Of a DNA stretch of 58,095 bases, positions 1-13,000 are shown in pieces. Every line of letters starts with the position of its first letter. The stretch's first letter is position 1. The position numbers and the translations under genes are program-made. The stretch is from Pelomyxa schiedti. Lineage: Eukaryota > Protista > Evosea. The notes beneath the pieces were generated by a model. That model was given only the letters and a program-made list of their open reading frames with translations, made no database searches and was not told where the DNA came from. The stretch is taken from positions 1 through 58,095 of the forward strand of contig JAHLWZ010000140.1 in NCBI GenBank assembly GCA_020536535.1. Direction: 5' to 3'.

Positions 1-732
1 GTTGTTTCCTTGTGTGGTGCCGAAAAAGATTCCTGACAGTTTTGCAAGACTCCTTGCCAGCAGAATGTACGTCTTTTCGAGTGAGGGCCTGGAAAGTCTT
101 GAGGAAGGACAATAGCATTGATGGAACTTACCATTTTCACCTTCATCTCTGTCTTTACTCCTTTTCTCTGCTTTCATTCGTTCTGCTTCAATGCCCACTT
201 TCATCTCTGCTGCCTTCTCCCATACCTGCATAACAATAATTAGGAAGGGCAAGTCAGTCAATCTACCTGAGTCCATGGCACACGAGTGTTTATAATGTTG
301 TCACTGTCTTGCAGCAGTAATAGAATATAAATTCGTCCTTGGAATGAACTTAAATCAAAACTAAAGAGGCACAGGGAGAGTTACCAGGACTTTTCAAATA
401 AGCAGCAACCCGGTTTGCTGAACAGTTTGCAGGCAAGGTGGGAACAACAGTCTCTCCAATAGGGACACTCAAAGCAACTTCAATGTCACAGCGTGAGTGG
501 CTTTTTCTTCATTTTCGATATTAGAGTTTCCCTTAGAGATGTCCTACCACACAGTCAAATGATCAAATGAGAGTGAGTAAAAAATTACACACTTATTATG
601 GACCAAGTTGGCCTCTGCATCAAGCCGTTCATCATGTGTGGACTTGATGTGATCTGCAAAGAAACCACACTTTGAGCAGCAGTAAGGGTTTCTACGTTTG
701 GTGGGTTGGTTGTGTGCCATGAATAAGCCCAA
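1..732 (-). pseudogene. Degenerate multi-exon coding sequence running off the left edge
   Basis: Exon-like segments with GT-AG boundaries (QGRIYILLLLQDSDNIINTRVPWTQ|VWEKAAEMKVGIEAERMK; YCCSKCGFFADH). No splice path gives one open frame across 400-730. No family recognised. Confidence 0.3.
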
Positions 733-1270
733 CAGAAAGTGTTTTTGTGCAGGCTAAGAACAAATTACTTGAATGAGTTAGAGGCAACAGTTGGTGCCTT
801 TATAACATGTAGCTTTTCACTTTCTTTGGTGACTTGTTTTCTGCCACAATTGGTGCTGTACAGTGTTGTTTGCACTTGATTCACAACATGCAAGTTTTGT
901 CATTAATTCGTTGCTGTGCTTCTGGGTCACCCTTCACTTCATTCACCACCCAATCGCCGCTGTTCGTCACCATGGCAGCAATAAATCGCGACCCGTTTTC
1001 CTATAAAAATGATGATTTAAGACTATTGCCAAGATTTGCCCAAAGCTCCCCGAAAACGAGTTTAAGTCTTTTCAGGACACTTTTAGAGTTTGTTTAACTG
1101 GTTTTCGAGTTGGTTGTATCCACGGGTTGAGGGTTGAAGTACAAGCTAAAAGGGCAGAAAATTAAAAATTTGAGCCAATTGGTCCTAGCAATTGATTTTT
1201 TGGGCGATGCTTCCGTGTTAAACACAAACCAAAATCGGAATAAAAAAACCCACAACAAGGAGAGATCCAG

Positions 1271-3368
1271 ATGTACGTGGGCGTTGTTGCGGTACTATCC
1301 GTCGAACGTATTCGCAACCCGGACCCCATCAGCACTGAGACACGGCACACTGTGTCCGGTCTCCGCATCAGCGCGCGTGACGGCCGCATCATCGAGAAAG
1401 AGGACAACATGATATTTTGGACCACGGGTCATGATGCTCCCAGACCGGGCGACGGCCTCGCCATCGTTTCAGCATTTTGCAACGAGTAAGCGCCACTTCC
1501 CCGCGTATTTTTTTTTTTATTTTAAACATTGACAAATTTTTTTTAATTTTGCAGGGAAAAAGGAGACGTGCTCGTGGTGACACAGTATAACACAATAAAC
1601 TTGAACTTTTGGGCAATACTCGGAAGGCGTGGCGTAAACGCAACCGTGGACGAGAAGGCTGTCTCTCCAACTCCGAAGCGCCTGCGAAGCATTTCAATGT
1701 GCGATTTCTTCTTTTTCTTCACGAGATTGACCCATAAACAAAAAAAACCCCAGAAACAGTGATTGTCTCACAGAGAAACCGATACCAGAAGTACAAGTAT
1801 CTACTAGCACGCTCAAGAAGAACGACCTTATTCCACTTTCTTTGTCGACTTCTACTCCTTCCAGTAATGCATATGTCGCCTGCAGTGCCGACAACAACAG
1901 TACAAATGGCGTGAACAAGCAGAAGCCCCATAAGGTGCAGCCTCAGCGTCGCTCGAGTGCCTCACCACATTCAGACGTGGGAGCAACAGTTCCCAGGTAA
2001 AGCACACTTTTTTTTCCCTGAAAATTCAACTTCTAACACCAAACAAAGGCTGGGTGGATCTAAAAGGCCGCCTCCCAATTCCATAATTACTGCTGCTGAA
2101 GAAGATGATAATCGTCATCATGCTCCTCAATCTCAAGGGCCTTGCTGTTTTCCTACCACTAGTACAACAACTACTAGCAGTACAACATCTACAAATTCTT
2201 CCTCTTCTTTGGATGTGACTCACGGTGACCGAGACGAGTATGCAGTAGCACTTGACGCTGCCCTCGATCAGCTTCTAGGACCTGATTGTACCTCAACCCC
2301 AAGGAAGCAACAGCAAAGTGCAACTCCAACTCCATTTCTTCAAGTGGTGTATCCCTCCCCAACGCCTTATTCAAACAACCAAGTAGAATATGTTCAATCT
2401 CAGGTTGTTTCCAATTCTATTAGTTCATTCCTTCTTGCTGATATGCTTTGGCAGGAGGGTGTTGGTGTAAAGCTTGACTTGGGCAATCTGGACAAGTGCC
2501 GCACTGGGAACAGTCTTACAGTGTCGCTGTTAAACATATGTACTGTCAACGGAAATCAATTTTTTGGAGTCGACATTGATGTACCTTCCATCTCTTTTTC
2601 CCTTTTCCATTAACCACTAAAATTTCTCTCTCAGAACAGGGAGGCTATGGTAACTATGCAACAGGACTGTAAGTTCATCGAAGGCTGCGTTTATCGCGTC
2701 ACAGCGTCACCGTGCAGGATGGAGCCCGACAAGATGGAGCCCGAGACAGATCTGAGTATCAATGCTGTATCTGCGGCTCCGCACCCCGGAGCTGACGTGA
2801 GAGCTCTGTTCAAGTATGGGAGGCCAATTGGATGTAGATGGTTGTCGTACACTCCAGCTTCCGGGAAAGAGTTGGAAAGCATACACGACGTGCGTTCTGA
2901 AGTTTCTAAACGCAAGTTACATTCACGCGAGCGAAAGGGTTTGTCTTGTCTTCGTTTTGCCTCTTTGCCCTCTAACTTTTTGCACCAGATTTTGTTGGAA
3001 TTGTCACTGGTTACGATCACGGAAATTCATACTTCGTCCTCTTCGAGGATGGGACCCATCGCCGGGTTTTTTTCGGCATGCCGCCGTTGCAGGCACTCCA
3101 GTTCCGCACTAACGCGGCGGTTCAAAAGCTGCCTATTGGCAAGGTCATTGCGTGTAAAAATGCAGCTGTGGGGTACTCCAGGGGCTCGATGGCAAACCAC
3201 GCAGGCATGTTTTAAAATGAGCACATCCTTGCCTTTTGACCGACTTTAGGTTATGTCGCTCTCGTGGATTCAAACTCTATTATCATACCAATTGCTCCAG
3301 CTGAACAAGTGGCCAAGACGTTGATAGCCACGTATCACCGTGTACGACACCGTCTCGTGTTCTCCTAA
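1271..3368 (+). CDS. Multi-OB-fold putative ssDNA-binding protein (RPA70/POT1-like, divergent), 7 exons, 588 aa
   Basis: Exons 1271-1485, 1555-1698, 1760-1996, 2049-2580, 2635-2938, 2989-3204 and 3250-3368 join in phase into one ORF of 1767 nt. The C-terminal DFVGIVT...GKVIACKNAAVGYSRG...YVALVDSNSII resembles RPA/POT1 OB strands. A Ser/Thr-rich linker follows an N-terminal OB-like segment. Confidence 0.7.
3205..3249 (+). other. GC-AG intron (45 nt)
   Basis: CAG|GCATGT...TTTAG|GT is the junction that keeps the OB-like C-terminus in frame. The nearby GT donor gives an unrelated short tail. Confidence 0.65.
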
Positions 3369-3482
3369 CCCGCGGACCCACCATCCAAATTCACCAACAA
3401 ACAATGAAAAACAGTGTCACAATGCCACCCCAACGACAGGGTTCCTCTCAATCAAACAAAGTGTTTCTTTCTTGCCGACCAA

Positions 3483-5800
3483 GATGGACCAAAACATTCC
3501 AAAAAAGTTACCCACGAATTTCTCTCGTGACGAAACAGCAACTCTAACGCTGATGAGGTCGTGGAGATGTGCGATTACGCCACGTTGTGACATTATGGGA
3601 CTTCGCACCAGCATTCGTTGCAACACAGTTTTTTTTTTAAACAAGAATTCCCTGTTACAGCTTGTATTTCTCCCACTGAAGTTACATGCAACCTCTGGTA
3701 ATTGCAAACCAAGCTTGCTGAGGAAGGAAAATGTCACCATGTAATCCTGCAAAGCAACAGACGACAAAGAATGAATTCACATTGCACCCTGACTTGTTGT
3801 TGGGAGTATTGAATATGAAATTTACTAGGTTTGTGTCCATGAATGCTACATTCTACCCACAGTGTGCCTACCGAGGAAAAAAGCAATGGGGAAACACAAG
3901 AGAATGACTTCCATGAACAAGGGCCAAAAAGTATTATAATACCGGAAGTACTAGAGAAAGCACCTCACATCATTCCTTGAGCTTCGCTCTGGACGGCGGT
4001 GCCTGGAAGGTTTCCATGCTGGACCTTTTCTTGTGGCTCGGTGTAGGGGACGAGCAGCATGTATGTGAGTGTTAATTTCTGAAAATGTGAACTTAATCCT
4101 TGACCATAGAAAGATTGGTTGACCGACTGAGTATGACTTCAGAGGAATACACGACTGGTGAAATATGCATGACACGAGTTGTGTTACTATTGGCATGGGA
4201 GATAAGAACACACAGTCCCAGACAGAGCCTCTATCTTGAGGACTTGGACCTGGGAATCAGTTCTGCAAATCAGAGACCAAGTACTTCTTCATTCCTCTCT
4301 TTGATTGTCTGCTATGGATTGTCAATCAGATGAAATTGTACTGTACAGTTTGCGCAACAGAGACCATCAAGGTCATTCACGCATGTACTTGACTTAGAGC
4401 CACATCCGTTCTGATGCATTTCAAGCAATTGTGCCGTCATTTTATTGAAATAGTGAATTGTGCTTTAGTTTGTGAACTAGTCTTTCTTACCTATGCAGAC
4501 CTGTGACAGTATGCCTGATGCAACTAAGATAATTAGCCAATCACCCCCTTGATCAGGTTATCTAATTGTGCAAGCTGACCATCCTGTACCCTGCTCTTGC
4601 TTCCTCTGCAGTCTTGATTTTGCTGCTCAAACTGGATATCAGCTGCGGGTTGGATTTCTAAACATAGGTAGGCTCCTTTCGCCGAATCTGTAGCCACCAA
4701 CTTGCTCGCCGGCCCAAACGGGGGAAAAAAAAATCTTTTGGTGATGAGGCGACGAACCGACGTGTTATTACTAATGGCTCACGTAATCAGTAGCTTCAAC
4801 AGGAGGATTACTGATACGAAAACCAATTTGAGTTCGTGTTATGGAAGGAGCGGGAAATGTGTCGGGTGCCATTGCGACTGCCTTGTTGGGCTTGTCGGCA
4901 GCTGTGGGAGACCTCAACAGGCTGTTAACTGCTAAGGTATCAAGTGAAAAACTTGTTTTCTTCTTTCAATAAAGTGCTTTGTGACATCATGCAAGTGTCA
5001 AAATGCCAGGAGGGTGTGAACTAAAAACAACAAAAAAAAGGGTCACGGTGTGCCTATGGAGACTGGTGGAAAGTTGGTCGAAGATATTGAGGCTGCTACG
5101 GCACTAATCTTGGGAGTGAATCAGATCATACAACCACTGCCTGACCAGGTCAGTCTGTTACCATGTCTCACATTCATGATATTCATCACTTGACAGGTGA
5201 ATGTTACAACGGTGGAAGCCTGGGAGCTTGGAAGCAAAGGTTCTCACCCAAAGAGTCAGGACTCTCAAAGTTTTGACAGTAGGCAAAAGGGGCATTAATC
5301 TCCATAATTGAGCCTTGACATTTTTACCTTGATTCATGAAGTTCGATTGATGCTTGTGGGGTGGTTTGTTTCTGTTTGTGCTGTTGAATGGGCTCTTGGA
5401 AATGCCATAAGTCCTCACTCTAAATTCGATGTCAAGGTGGAACAGACCCGGTTGTTGTTGAGGTGGTCAACAGCTGAAAGGAGCTGTTATGTACACTGCT
5501 TGTTGTACCGTTGCTCCCTAATCCAAGTTCTTTTTATATTGGTGTTTAGATAGAAAACGCTGTTGAACGCCATACCACCAAGATCCAGACCAACTAGTGA
5601 AGTGCAAGTAACTGCGCAATGCTTGTGCGGTGTACTGCTAAGATCAATACTCATCAATGCTTTGTTGGTGGAAATTAGCGGTGCAACACTTGCTGCTCCA
5701 TTTGAACCAATTTCATTGCCTTGGTTATTTTTTATCAATGGGTGTGTCACAGTTAGAGGGCAGAAATACCATAAAGTTTGAAGCTCACAAGTGTTTTATT
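3483..5800 (+). pseudogene. Decayed multi-exon gene(s), family unknown
   Basis: Intron-like segments (e.g. GTATGTGAGT...CCATAG near 4061-4108) and protein-like frames that switch frame and contain stops. The boundaries and strand are uncertain. Confidence 0.25.
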
Positions 5801-6354
5801 CATAGAAAGGGCTTGCTGCTCCCTTATCACCAATTTCTTTTTCTTAAGGATTTAGCTCACTTGGTTGGTAAGTGGTGATGTGTACGATAGAGAACGAGAA
5901 GTGTGTTGTTTGACAAGAGGAGTTGTGAAATTCCTTTCGCTCCACCCAACCAAACATGATTTCCTGATTCGATATTAAAAAGGGTAGACGAGCAGAAAGG
6001 GCTATAAGGACAAACTAGCAAGGTACAGATATGGCATAGATTGATTCGTGCACCTTCACCGTTTATTTGTGTCTGGTTTGGTCAGTTTTTTTTTTGGTTT
6101 ATGGGTCTATGTGTCTCCCAAAGGGCAAGAAGCACGACAGAAATTAACAAACCAGGTAGCTCCAGGCTCCTCGTGCAGCCTGCATATTTTTTCGACACAA
6201 TGACTCTGTTTAGATGAGGAGCACTCGCAGCGCCTCCCATCAGACCCCAAGGAAAGCCCTTTTGTCTATTCACTTTTCCCAGAAACGAACCAAAAAAAAC
6301 AGTTCTTCTTCGTCTCCTTTGTTCAAATACACAGTAACTGAAGTGTTTTTGGGG

Positions 6355-9300
6355 CTAGGAGGAATTGCTGTCCTGCAAAGAGGTTAAGAAAGAAAAATCA
6401 ACAAGGGCAGGGAAATTCCATACCTTACGGGGTGGGGAGAGACTCCTTGTGGCCCTGTGTGTACTTGATGGTGACATGATTCCGGCGGCTGTGGGAACTC
6501 TGGCTGGAGTGGATGAGAATGTAGGGAGTTCTTTCCGGTTGTGCAAAAACTTGCAAGTGCTTTCAAGGAACTCCTCGGGAGTTATCTTGCTACTTTTGAA
6601 TAATAAGTGTATGTCCCGGACTTTGTTGACGAGAAGTCCATCATCATTGACAGCAAGGATTTCCTCTGTTTACGGGGAGTCAGTAGTTGTATATAATTGG
6701 GAGTTATATTTGTTGGGCATATTTTTGGGGAACGGAAACATGCTTCTGAAGGTGTAGAATATAGCAACTGTTACGGCGTACAAGACTTCATAACCCTCAT
6801 AAAACATCAAGTCAAATACTCCGGCTACAATCTCATAGGGCAGTACACTCAAATAGAGTGTAAGAAACCTGAAATGGATATAAGAGTTCATCACTAAACT
6901 AACGTGACCAACCAATCAATAACATAAACTTGAAGTCTACTTTCTACTGCTCGAGCTTTGAAGTGTGCCCATACTTGTGGTAGGTCTTGAGATAGAAGTT
7001 GTTTCTAATTGCGAAGGTGAGACCGTTCAGTTAAAGAATAATGCCCAACCTGTGTGGCGAAGAATTTGAGAAGTGCAGAGTTGCCTTCCAAAAATACAAT
7101 TCGTAATGAATAATTTTCATCAGACATGAGCTGAACAAAGGTCCAGAAAGAATTCTATGGCTGCTTAAAACCCAAAGGAAGGGTGAATGAAAGAGAACCT
7201 CTTCATCCAAGTGCAACAACAAAAAAGCAGCGATCTCAGCCATACCCTGAAAGCTCGTTTAACATATTTTTCATTCATGGATATTCACCTGTCTGTATCC
7301 AAGGGATGGGTCATGAACGGCATAAATGCGAAGTAGCTTGAACAAAGTAAATTGCAACGCTTCATGATCTACAGTTTGAAACAGTTCAAGTTGAACCACT
7401 CGTTTCACATCGGTATCAATTTGAGCCAAAATGGAAGTTGGAGGACTGGCATTTGAGAGTAGCTTATGAGAGTCAGACTGAGATGGAAAAGTAGCAGGCA
7501 AAAAAAAACCCAAAACTTACAGCATATGTGCTTGCATTCTTTGCTCGCAGACTTGATGCCCGTGATGATAGCACCCAGACCACAGGCCTAATTGTTGCAG
7601 GTACTCCTTTAAGGTATGCTTTTCTTATCTACACATTATAAGTTCATAGTTCTAGAAGTCGTATTTCACCTTGGTCTTCTTCACCTTATCCCACTCTCCC
7701 ATCATTTTTTCCCACTTAGAAACATCTTTACTAGATTTTGAGGTGCTATCTAAAGTTAGTGCCACATAAAGTCATACAGGTGGATACAAATTTTTAGGAA
7801 GAAGACTTTCTGGATGTGTCTCTTTCAGTAATTGCAACTTGAAGTCATACACATAACACATGTCAATTGGGTTCTCTTGAACAAAGGCTGCAATTGTAGC
7901 CTGAAGACAAATACAAAATGAATTGCAATTGAGATGTAAAGACATACCTCCCGCTTTTTACAAAGTGCGTAGTACAATGGTATATTTCCTGCACCATCAC
8001 TCAGCCTAGGATCAGCTTGATTCTAATGATGATAAGTACAACGAGCCTTACTGAATGCAAGCAAACCTGTAGTAGTAGGGCTACAATTTCAGGTTTTTCG
8101 GAATGTCCGAGAACAGCTTGGTGTAATGTTGTTTCCTGGTAAGGTCCTCCTTTCAAGGAGTTGAGTCCCTTGTTTGAAACATAGTAAAACACACTGGCGT
8201 TAGGATCAGCACCAGCTTTAAGCAGAGCTTCCGCAGTTTTAAAATCTCCGTTGACTATAGCAATATGCAATGGAACATAACCCGCTACATTGTACCTGAG
8301 TTGCACAAAGTGAAGTCTATATAATTTGAACCCAAACTATATTGTAACTCACACATTGGAATCAGGCTTCAATGCCAAAAGCGTAGTTGTAATCTGAGTA
8401 TTTCGCATAATCACTGCAATGTGGAGAGGAGTGTTTCCATCTACATTTCTGGTGTTCAGAACTGACTGCAGCATTAAGAAATTTTAGGAGTGGTTTTCCT
8501 TTGTCAATCCTACCTTTGGACATTCTTCTAATAGAATTTGTATGACTTCATCATTGCAATTGTGTGTAGCCAGATGCAAAGGTGTATTATTACTTTTATC
8601 TTGAGCATCTTGGGCAGCTCCAGCTTTGAGTAGTATCTTTATTACCTCAGAGTCACCTTTCAGTACAGCCACATGCAAAGCAGTGCTATTATCTGCTGTA
8701 CAGCGAGCATGTATATTTGTAGATTTCCCAAGCTCAGCTTGCACTTCTTCCGCTCCTCTAGCAGTGTAAAACAAAAAATAAATGAAATCGAGGAGAAGTA
8801 CAAAAACACAGCACGGTGAAGTGGTGGACGAGCTTCACCCTTTAAAATGTTACGATGTAGACTTAAAAGAGAAAATGTACCTCTACAGTGAACTCCTTTG
8901 AAGTAAAAAAGGAGGGGTCAAGTTCAAAAAAGTCTGCACCCATTTCACTGTATTTCTTATCAACATCAGAACGTTGTGCTATCTTCGCAGCAAGTGTTGT
9001 TAGCATGGTGCTTGGATCAGTAGATGCACTGGATGTAGATATGGAGGATGTTGTGGTTGTAGAACTTGCAGTGGTAGTTTCGGGTGGAAGTATTTCGACT
9101 GGGACTGCTGAAGTTTCGGCAGTCGGGTGAGCATGGGCAGAAGACGAGGACTGTCGTGTGTGATGACGGGATCTAGAAGACAAAGGTACAAGAGTAGTTT
9201 GATCAGCGTCATATGCGTGACTGAGAAGCTGTACAGAGTGCCGTTTAGATGTGGGTGGTGAAGTGAAGCTGGAAGTAGATAATTCCGTTGTTACTGTCAA

Positions 9301-9867
9301 ACTAGCACTGGTGGCAGATTTTTGTGCTAGCTTTCCATCCGCAGGAGTGCTCACCTGTACAGCCTCTGTCCCAGATGTGGAGACAGTGGATTTTGGAAGG
9401 GAGGTTTTCCTCCATGCAGCTAAAAGTGATAGCCTCCTTTTATGTTGTGTTGGTTGTGGTTCTTGAGGAAGTGTGGGTGTGCCACCATCAGAACTAGCAG
9501 GAAGTGAAGTGCTACTAGAAGTAGAAGTGGAAGTGGAAGTTGAAGTTAAAGATGCTGAGGAAGCAGAAACATTAACAGTCAAAGACGAAATGTCATGGGG
9601 GTCTTTTCCGCCCTCAACCACGTCTGTATAGCTCCCTGGTGGAGATGATCTTCTTCGAAACTTACGTTCAAATATAGTTCGGTCTTTGCCTGTAAATTAC
9701 AATTATTAATACAGATTGAACACTAGCCAATGGTAACAAAGTCTACAACTATCAGTGGGACCAAATACCAAAAAAAAATGAAACCAAAACCCAACGCAAA
9801 AATGAGAGAATAGGAGGTAGTAAATTGCTTAAAAACAAACATCGAGTAACTACGAACCCGTGGCCAT
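6355..9867 (-). CDS. Ankyrin-repeat + TBC (Rab-GAP) domain protein, spliced
   Basis: Start MATG|KDRT (intron 9690-9857), then a Ser/Thr-rich region. Ankyrin repeats: TALHVAVLKGDSEVIKILLKAGA, TPLHLA, PLHIAIVNGD. TBC motifs: KWEKM..W, YLKGVPATIRPVVW, QIDTDVKR, LLRIYAVHDPSLGYRQGMAEIAAFLL. The 3' end is approximate. Confidence 0.85.
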
Positions 9868-10004
9868 TACAAATGAAGTGATTTAGAAATTAGGAGAATA
9901 GACAAAACCCATCATTTGGAAAAAGAGAAAAAACAAAGTCGTACAAAGGAATTGATCCTCGTTTTTTTTTTCTTTTCTAAACATAACACCAAGAGAGTTC
10001 TGAG

Positions 10005-13000
10005 TTAGAACTGGGGCACTATAAATTCAGATACTTCAAGCAAAACACTGTCCCTGGCAGCAGCTTGAACCTTTTTCATCTCAATAATAACATCGTCGCT
10101 GACACCACTCTCTGGGAAATTACTGTGGGAATATTAGTGAAGAATAGGGCATTAGAAAAAATAATAACCTTTCGGCCTTGAATGATAGAACCAATGCGGC
10201 TATTTGCGCCACATTTAGGGCATTTAGAATTGTTCCCCGAATAGCCGGATCGAGTACAATACTTTTATCAATTACCATCAAATTTGCTGCTTGCACACAA
10301 TGGTTCAGGAAAACCCTGTAAAAAGAGTAAGCATTTTGGTGTTTAGTAATAATAAGAGCAAACCGGGAGAGTTTAATGGGCCCATGAGTTGTAACAAACT
10401 CGTCAAGACGAGACAAGCCTAGTCTTATCTGGAAACCAGTACGGCATGTACCTGTAATAATGTCAGAACGGGATAACCACCGTCAAAGTGGGCAACATAG
10501 TTCTGGATGTGATATCAGATGGTTAAAAACGAGTGTGTTGATCCAAAATAGTATTTGGCAGAAGAATTGCAGGCAAACAGAGTCTGGCATATGTGCCTCA
10601 ACTGCATTTTGCAGTACTTCCGACAAAATCCCAATGATTGTTTTCGTATCACTTTTCTGACGAGGGCGCCTACTGCTTGCTGTTAGATTATAGCATTGAT
10701 ACATTTTCCGCTTACGCAGAAGGTCTCTGAAGATAGGCGGTCTCTGATTCAAGAATAGAGTGGATAACTAGTGGTTCTAAAGCCTGGAGAGATAGAAAGA
10801 GGGTTACTTGAGTTGTAATTTTGAAGATACCTTCTGAGTCCTTTGTACCGCTTGCATATATTGAGTGAACAGTAGATGTTGTAACTGGTATAGGAATTTA
10901 ATCCGGGGCTCTTCAGGTTCACGGTCAGCCGATTGTAGTATATACAACCTTTCTACATCTGGTATTGGTCTAAAAAAAAAGTTATGTGTTGCTACATTAA
11001 GTTTTAAGGCAACTGTTGATCTCCAGTTAACTTCTCATGAACGCCTTGAACAAGATGCCAAGTCGTTGTGAGCCAATAAAGGGACATTAGTTCATTATTC
11101 ATATGCACCTTGGGTAAGGTCATACTAGGAAATCGAGTTTTAGGGGATAACCCACTCTACTTGTACTCTCAATAGCCGAACAAATTGCATGGAAGAAAAA
11201 TCTGAGGAGTTCTTAAAGGGATAATATTTGGAAGCTTCATACTCATCAGGGGTTTCAAAACAATCTCTGTCTAATAATTTGTCAAGAACAGAAATTGCAG
11301 TCAGTGGAATTGGTGAAGTGCCAAAATTTGGTTTGTCAACGTGGAAAAACACCCGTTGGATCATTTCATACACTTGAATTTGCCATAGGAGAACTTCCTT
11401 TTGGGATTAAGGAAAAATTAGAACTTCACATTCATACATGAGGGACTGATGCTTCATCCTCCTCATCTAGTTTTGGGGTCATTGGCTAATAGGGAAACGG
11501 TGAATACTCAAAGGAAAGACATAATAATAACCTTTTTGGTACCCCCAGATTTACGTAGTCCTCCTGCCTGTATGAAACTAGCTTGGGCAAAACTGGGTGC
11601 CTTGGTTCTTTTTAGGAAGTCATTCTCATCCTTGAGTTTCTTCACTTCTGCCTCCAAAACTGTAGTCATTGGGGATTGGGATCGAGTCTTCCTGAGAGCA
11701 TCGTTTTCTTCCTTCAGTTTTTTCAAGTCTGCCGTGAACATTTTGGATTTGTCATCCAAAGCATTTTTGGTTTCAGAAAGCTTTTTGGTTAGCTTCTCGA
11801 TTTCAGCATGTGCCTCAGCTAACTCTTGCTCAGCCACTTTGAGAAGTGCTGCTTCCCCATGGCCTGGGTTTGGTGTACCAGATCCTGATGGGGTAGAAGG
11901 TAGTTTCAGTTGCTCTTTTAATTCTTCCCTCTGCTTCTTTAGCTCTTCCCGTTGTCGTACAAGAGATTGAACACACTCTTCACTTTCTTGGAGTTTGGCT
12001 TCTAACTCCTTTACTCTGCCTTCCAGCTGTGAATTCTTTTCACGTAAAGCCTGTATTTCATCCAAAGAACGAGCCTGTTTGCGGAAGCTATCTTCTTTGG
12101 CTTGGCTAGATTGAATCTCTGTGTTCAATTTCATTATTTCCGCTTCATAGCTCCTTTTGAGGTCTTGAATCTCTTGTTCCTTTATTGCTAGTTGCTGCTC
12201 AGTTGACACTAGTACTTCTTTGTTACTCTATGGATAGGTGATTTTGCTAAGAATTATAAGGTTTATAAAAAATACAGATTTCTTAGCTGCAGCTTTTCTC
12301 AATTTTTCTTGCAAAGTATCTCGGTCTTTTGCAGATTCTTCCATTTGTGAGCGCATTTTGGCAATTATCTGAGCATCTGCGGACTTCTCTATTTGAAGGT
12401 CAAATTGAAAATTTGATACACAAAAACGTACCTTGAAGTTCAATCATGAGAGAAGCCTGTGCTTTAATGAGTTTGTCTCTATCCTTGGTAACTAAATCAA
12501 GTTGTTCTTGTAAACTACTGTTTTCTTTTTTCCTTTCCGCCAATTCTTGTTTACTGTAATATGGTCAGCTCAAATATGCACTGGTAGGAGTGGATGGACA
12601 TGTAATACTATTTACTATCATTTCTGAGACTATGTTTCATATTCTTCGATTTAGTCAGTTGTTCCTTCCATTCGTCCCTCTCAGAGGTGAGAGACAAGAC
12701 AAGCGCACGTAGTTCTTTAACCACGGTTTGATCTACAGAAATGGTAAGGAATTGGAAAGAATGACAGTTGGCACCTGCGCCACTATCATTGAGACCACCA
12801 CCGGATGCGGCCAAATGCAACGCTAGTGCTGAAGGAGGGGGAGTGGGCAAGGAAGGCGTTGTTTGACGTAGTGAAGAAGAGTGCAGGGTATTGCTACCAG
12901 AGCTCCCTTGACTCCCGTTGGGATCTCCAAAGGCAGTCGCACTGGCACTGGAAGTTGTTGAAGTTTCAGTTGTAGATGCTGGTGTTGGTGCAGGAGAAGG

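Noticed and set aside
9690-9857. Unusually long first intron as a snoRNA host
   Set aside because: No box C (RTGATGA) or H/ACA architecture visible.
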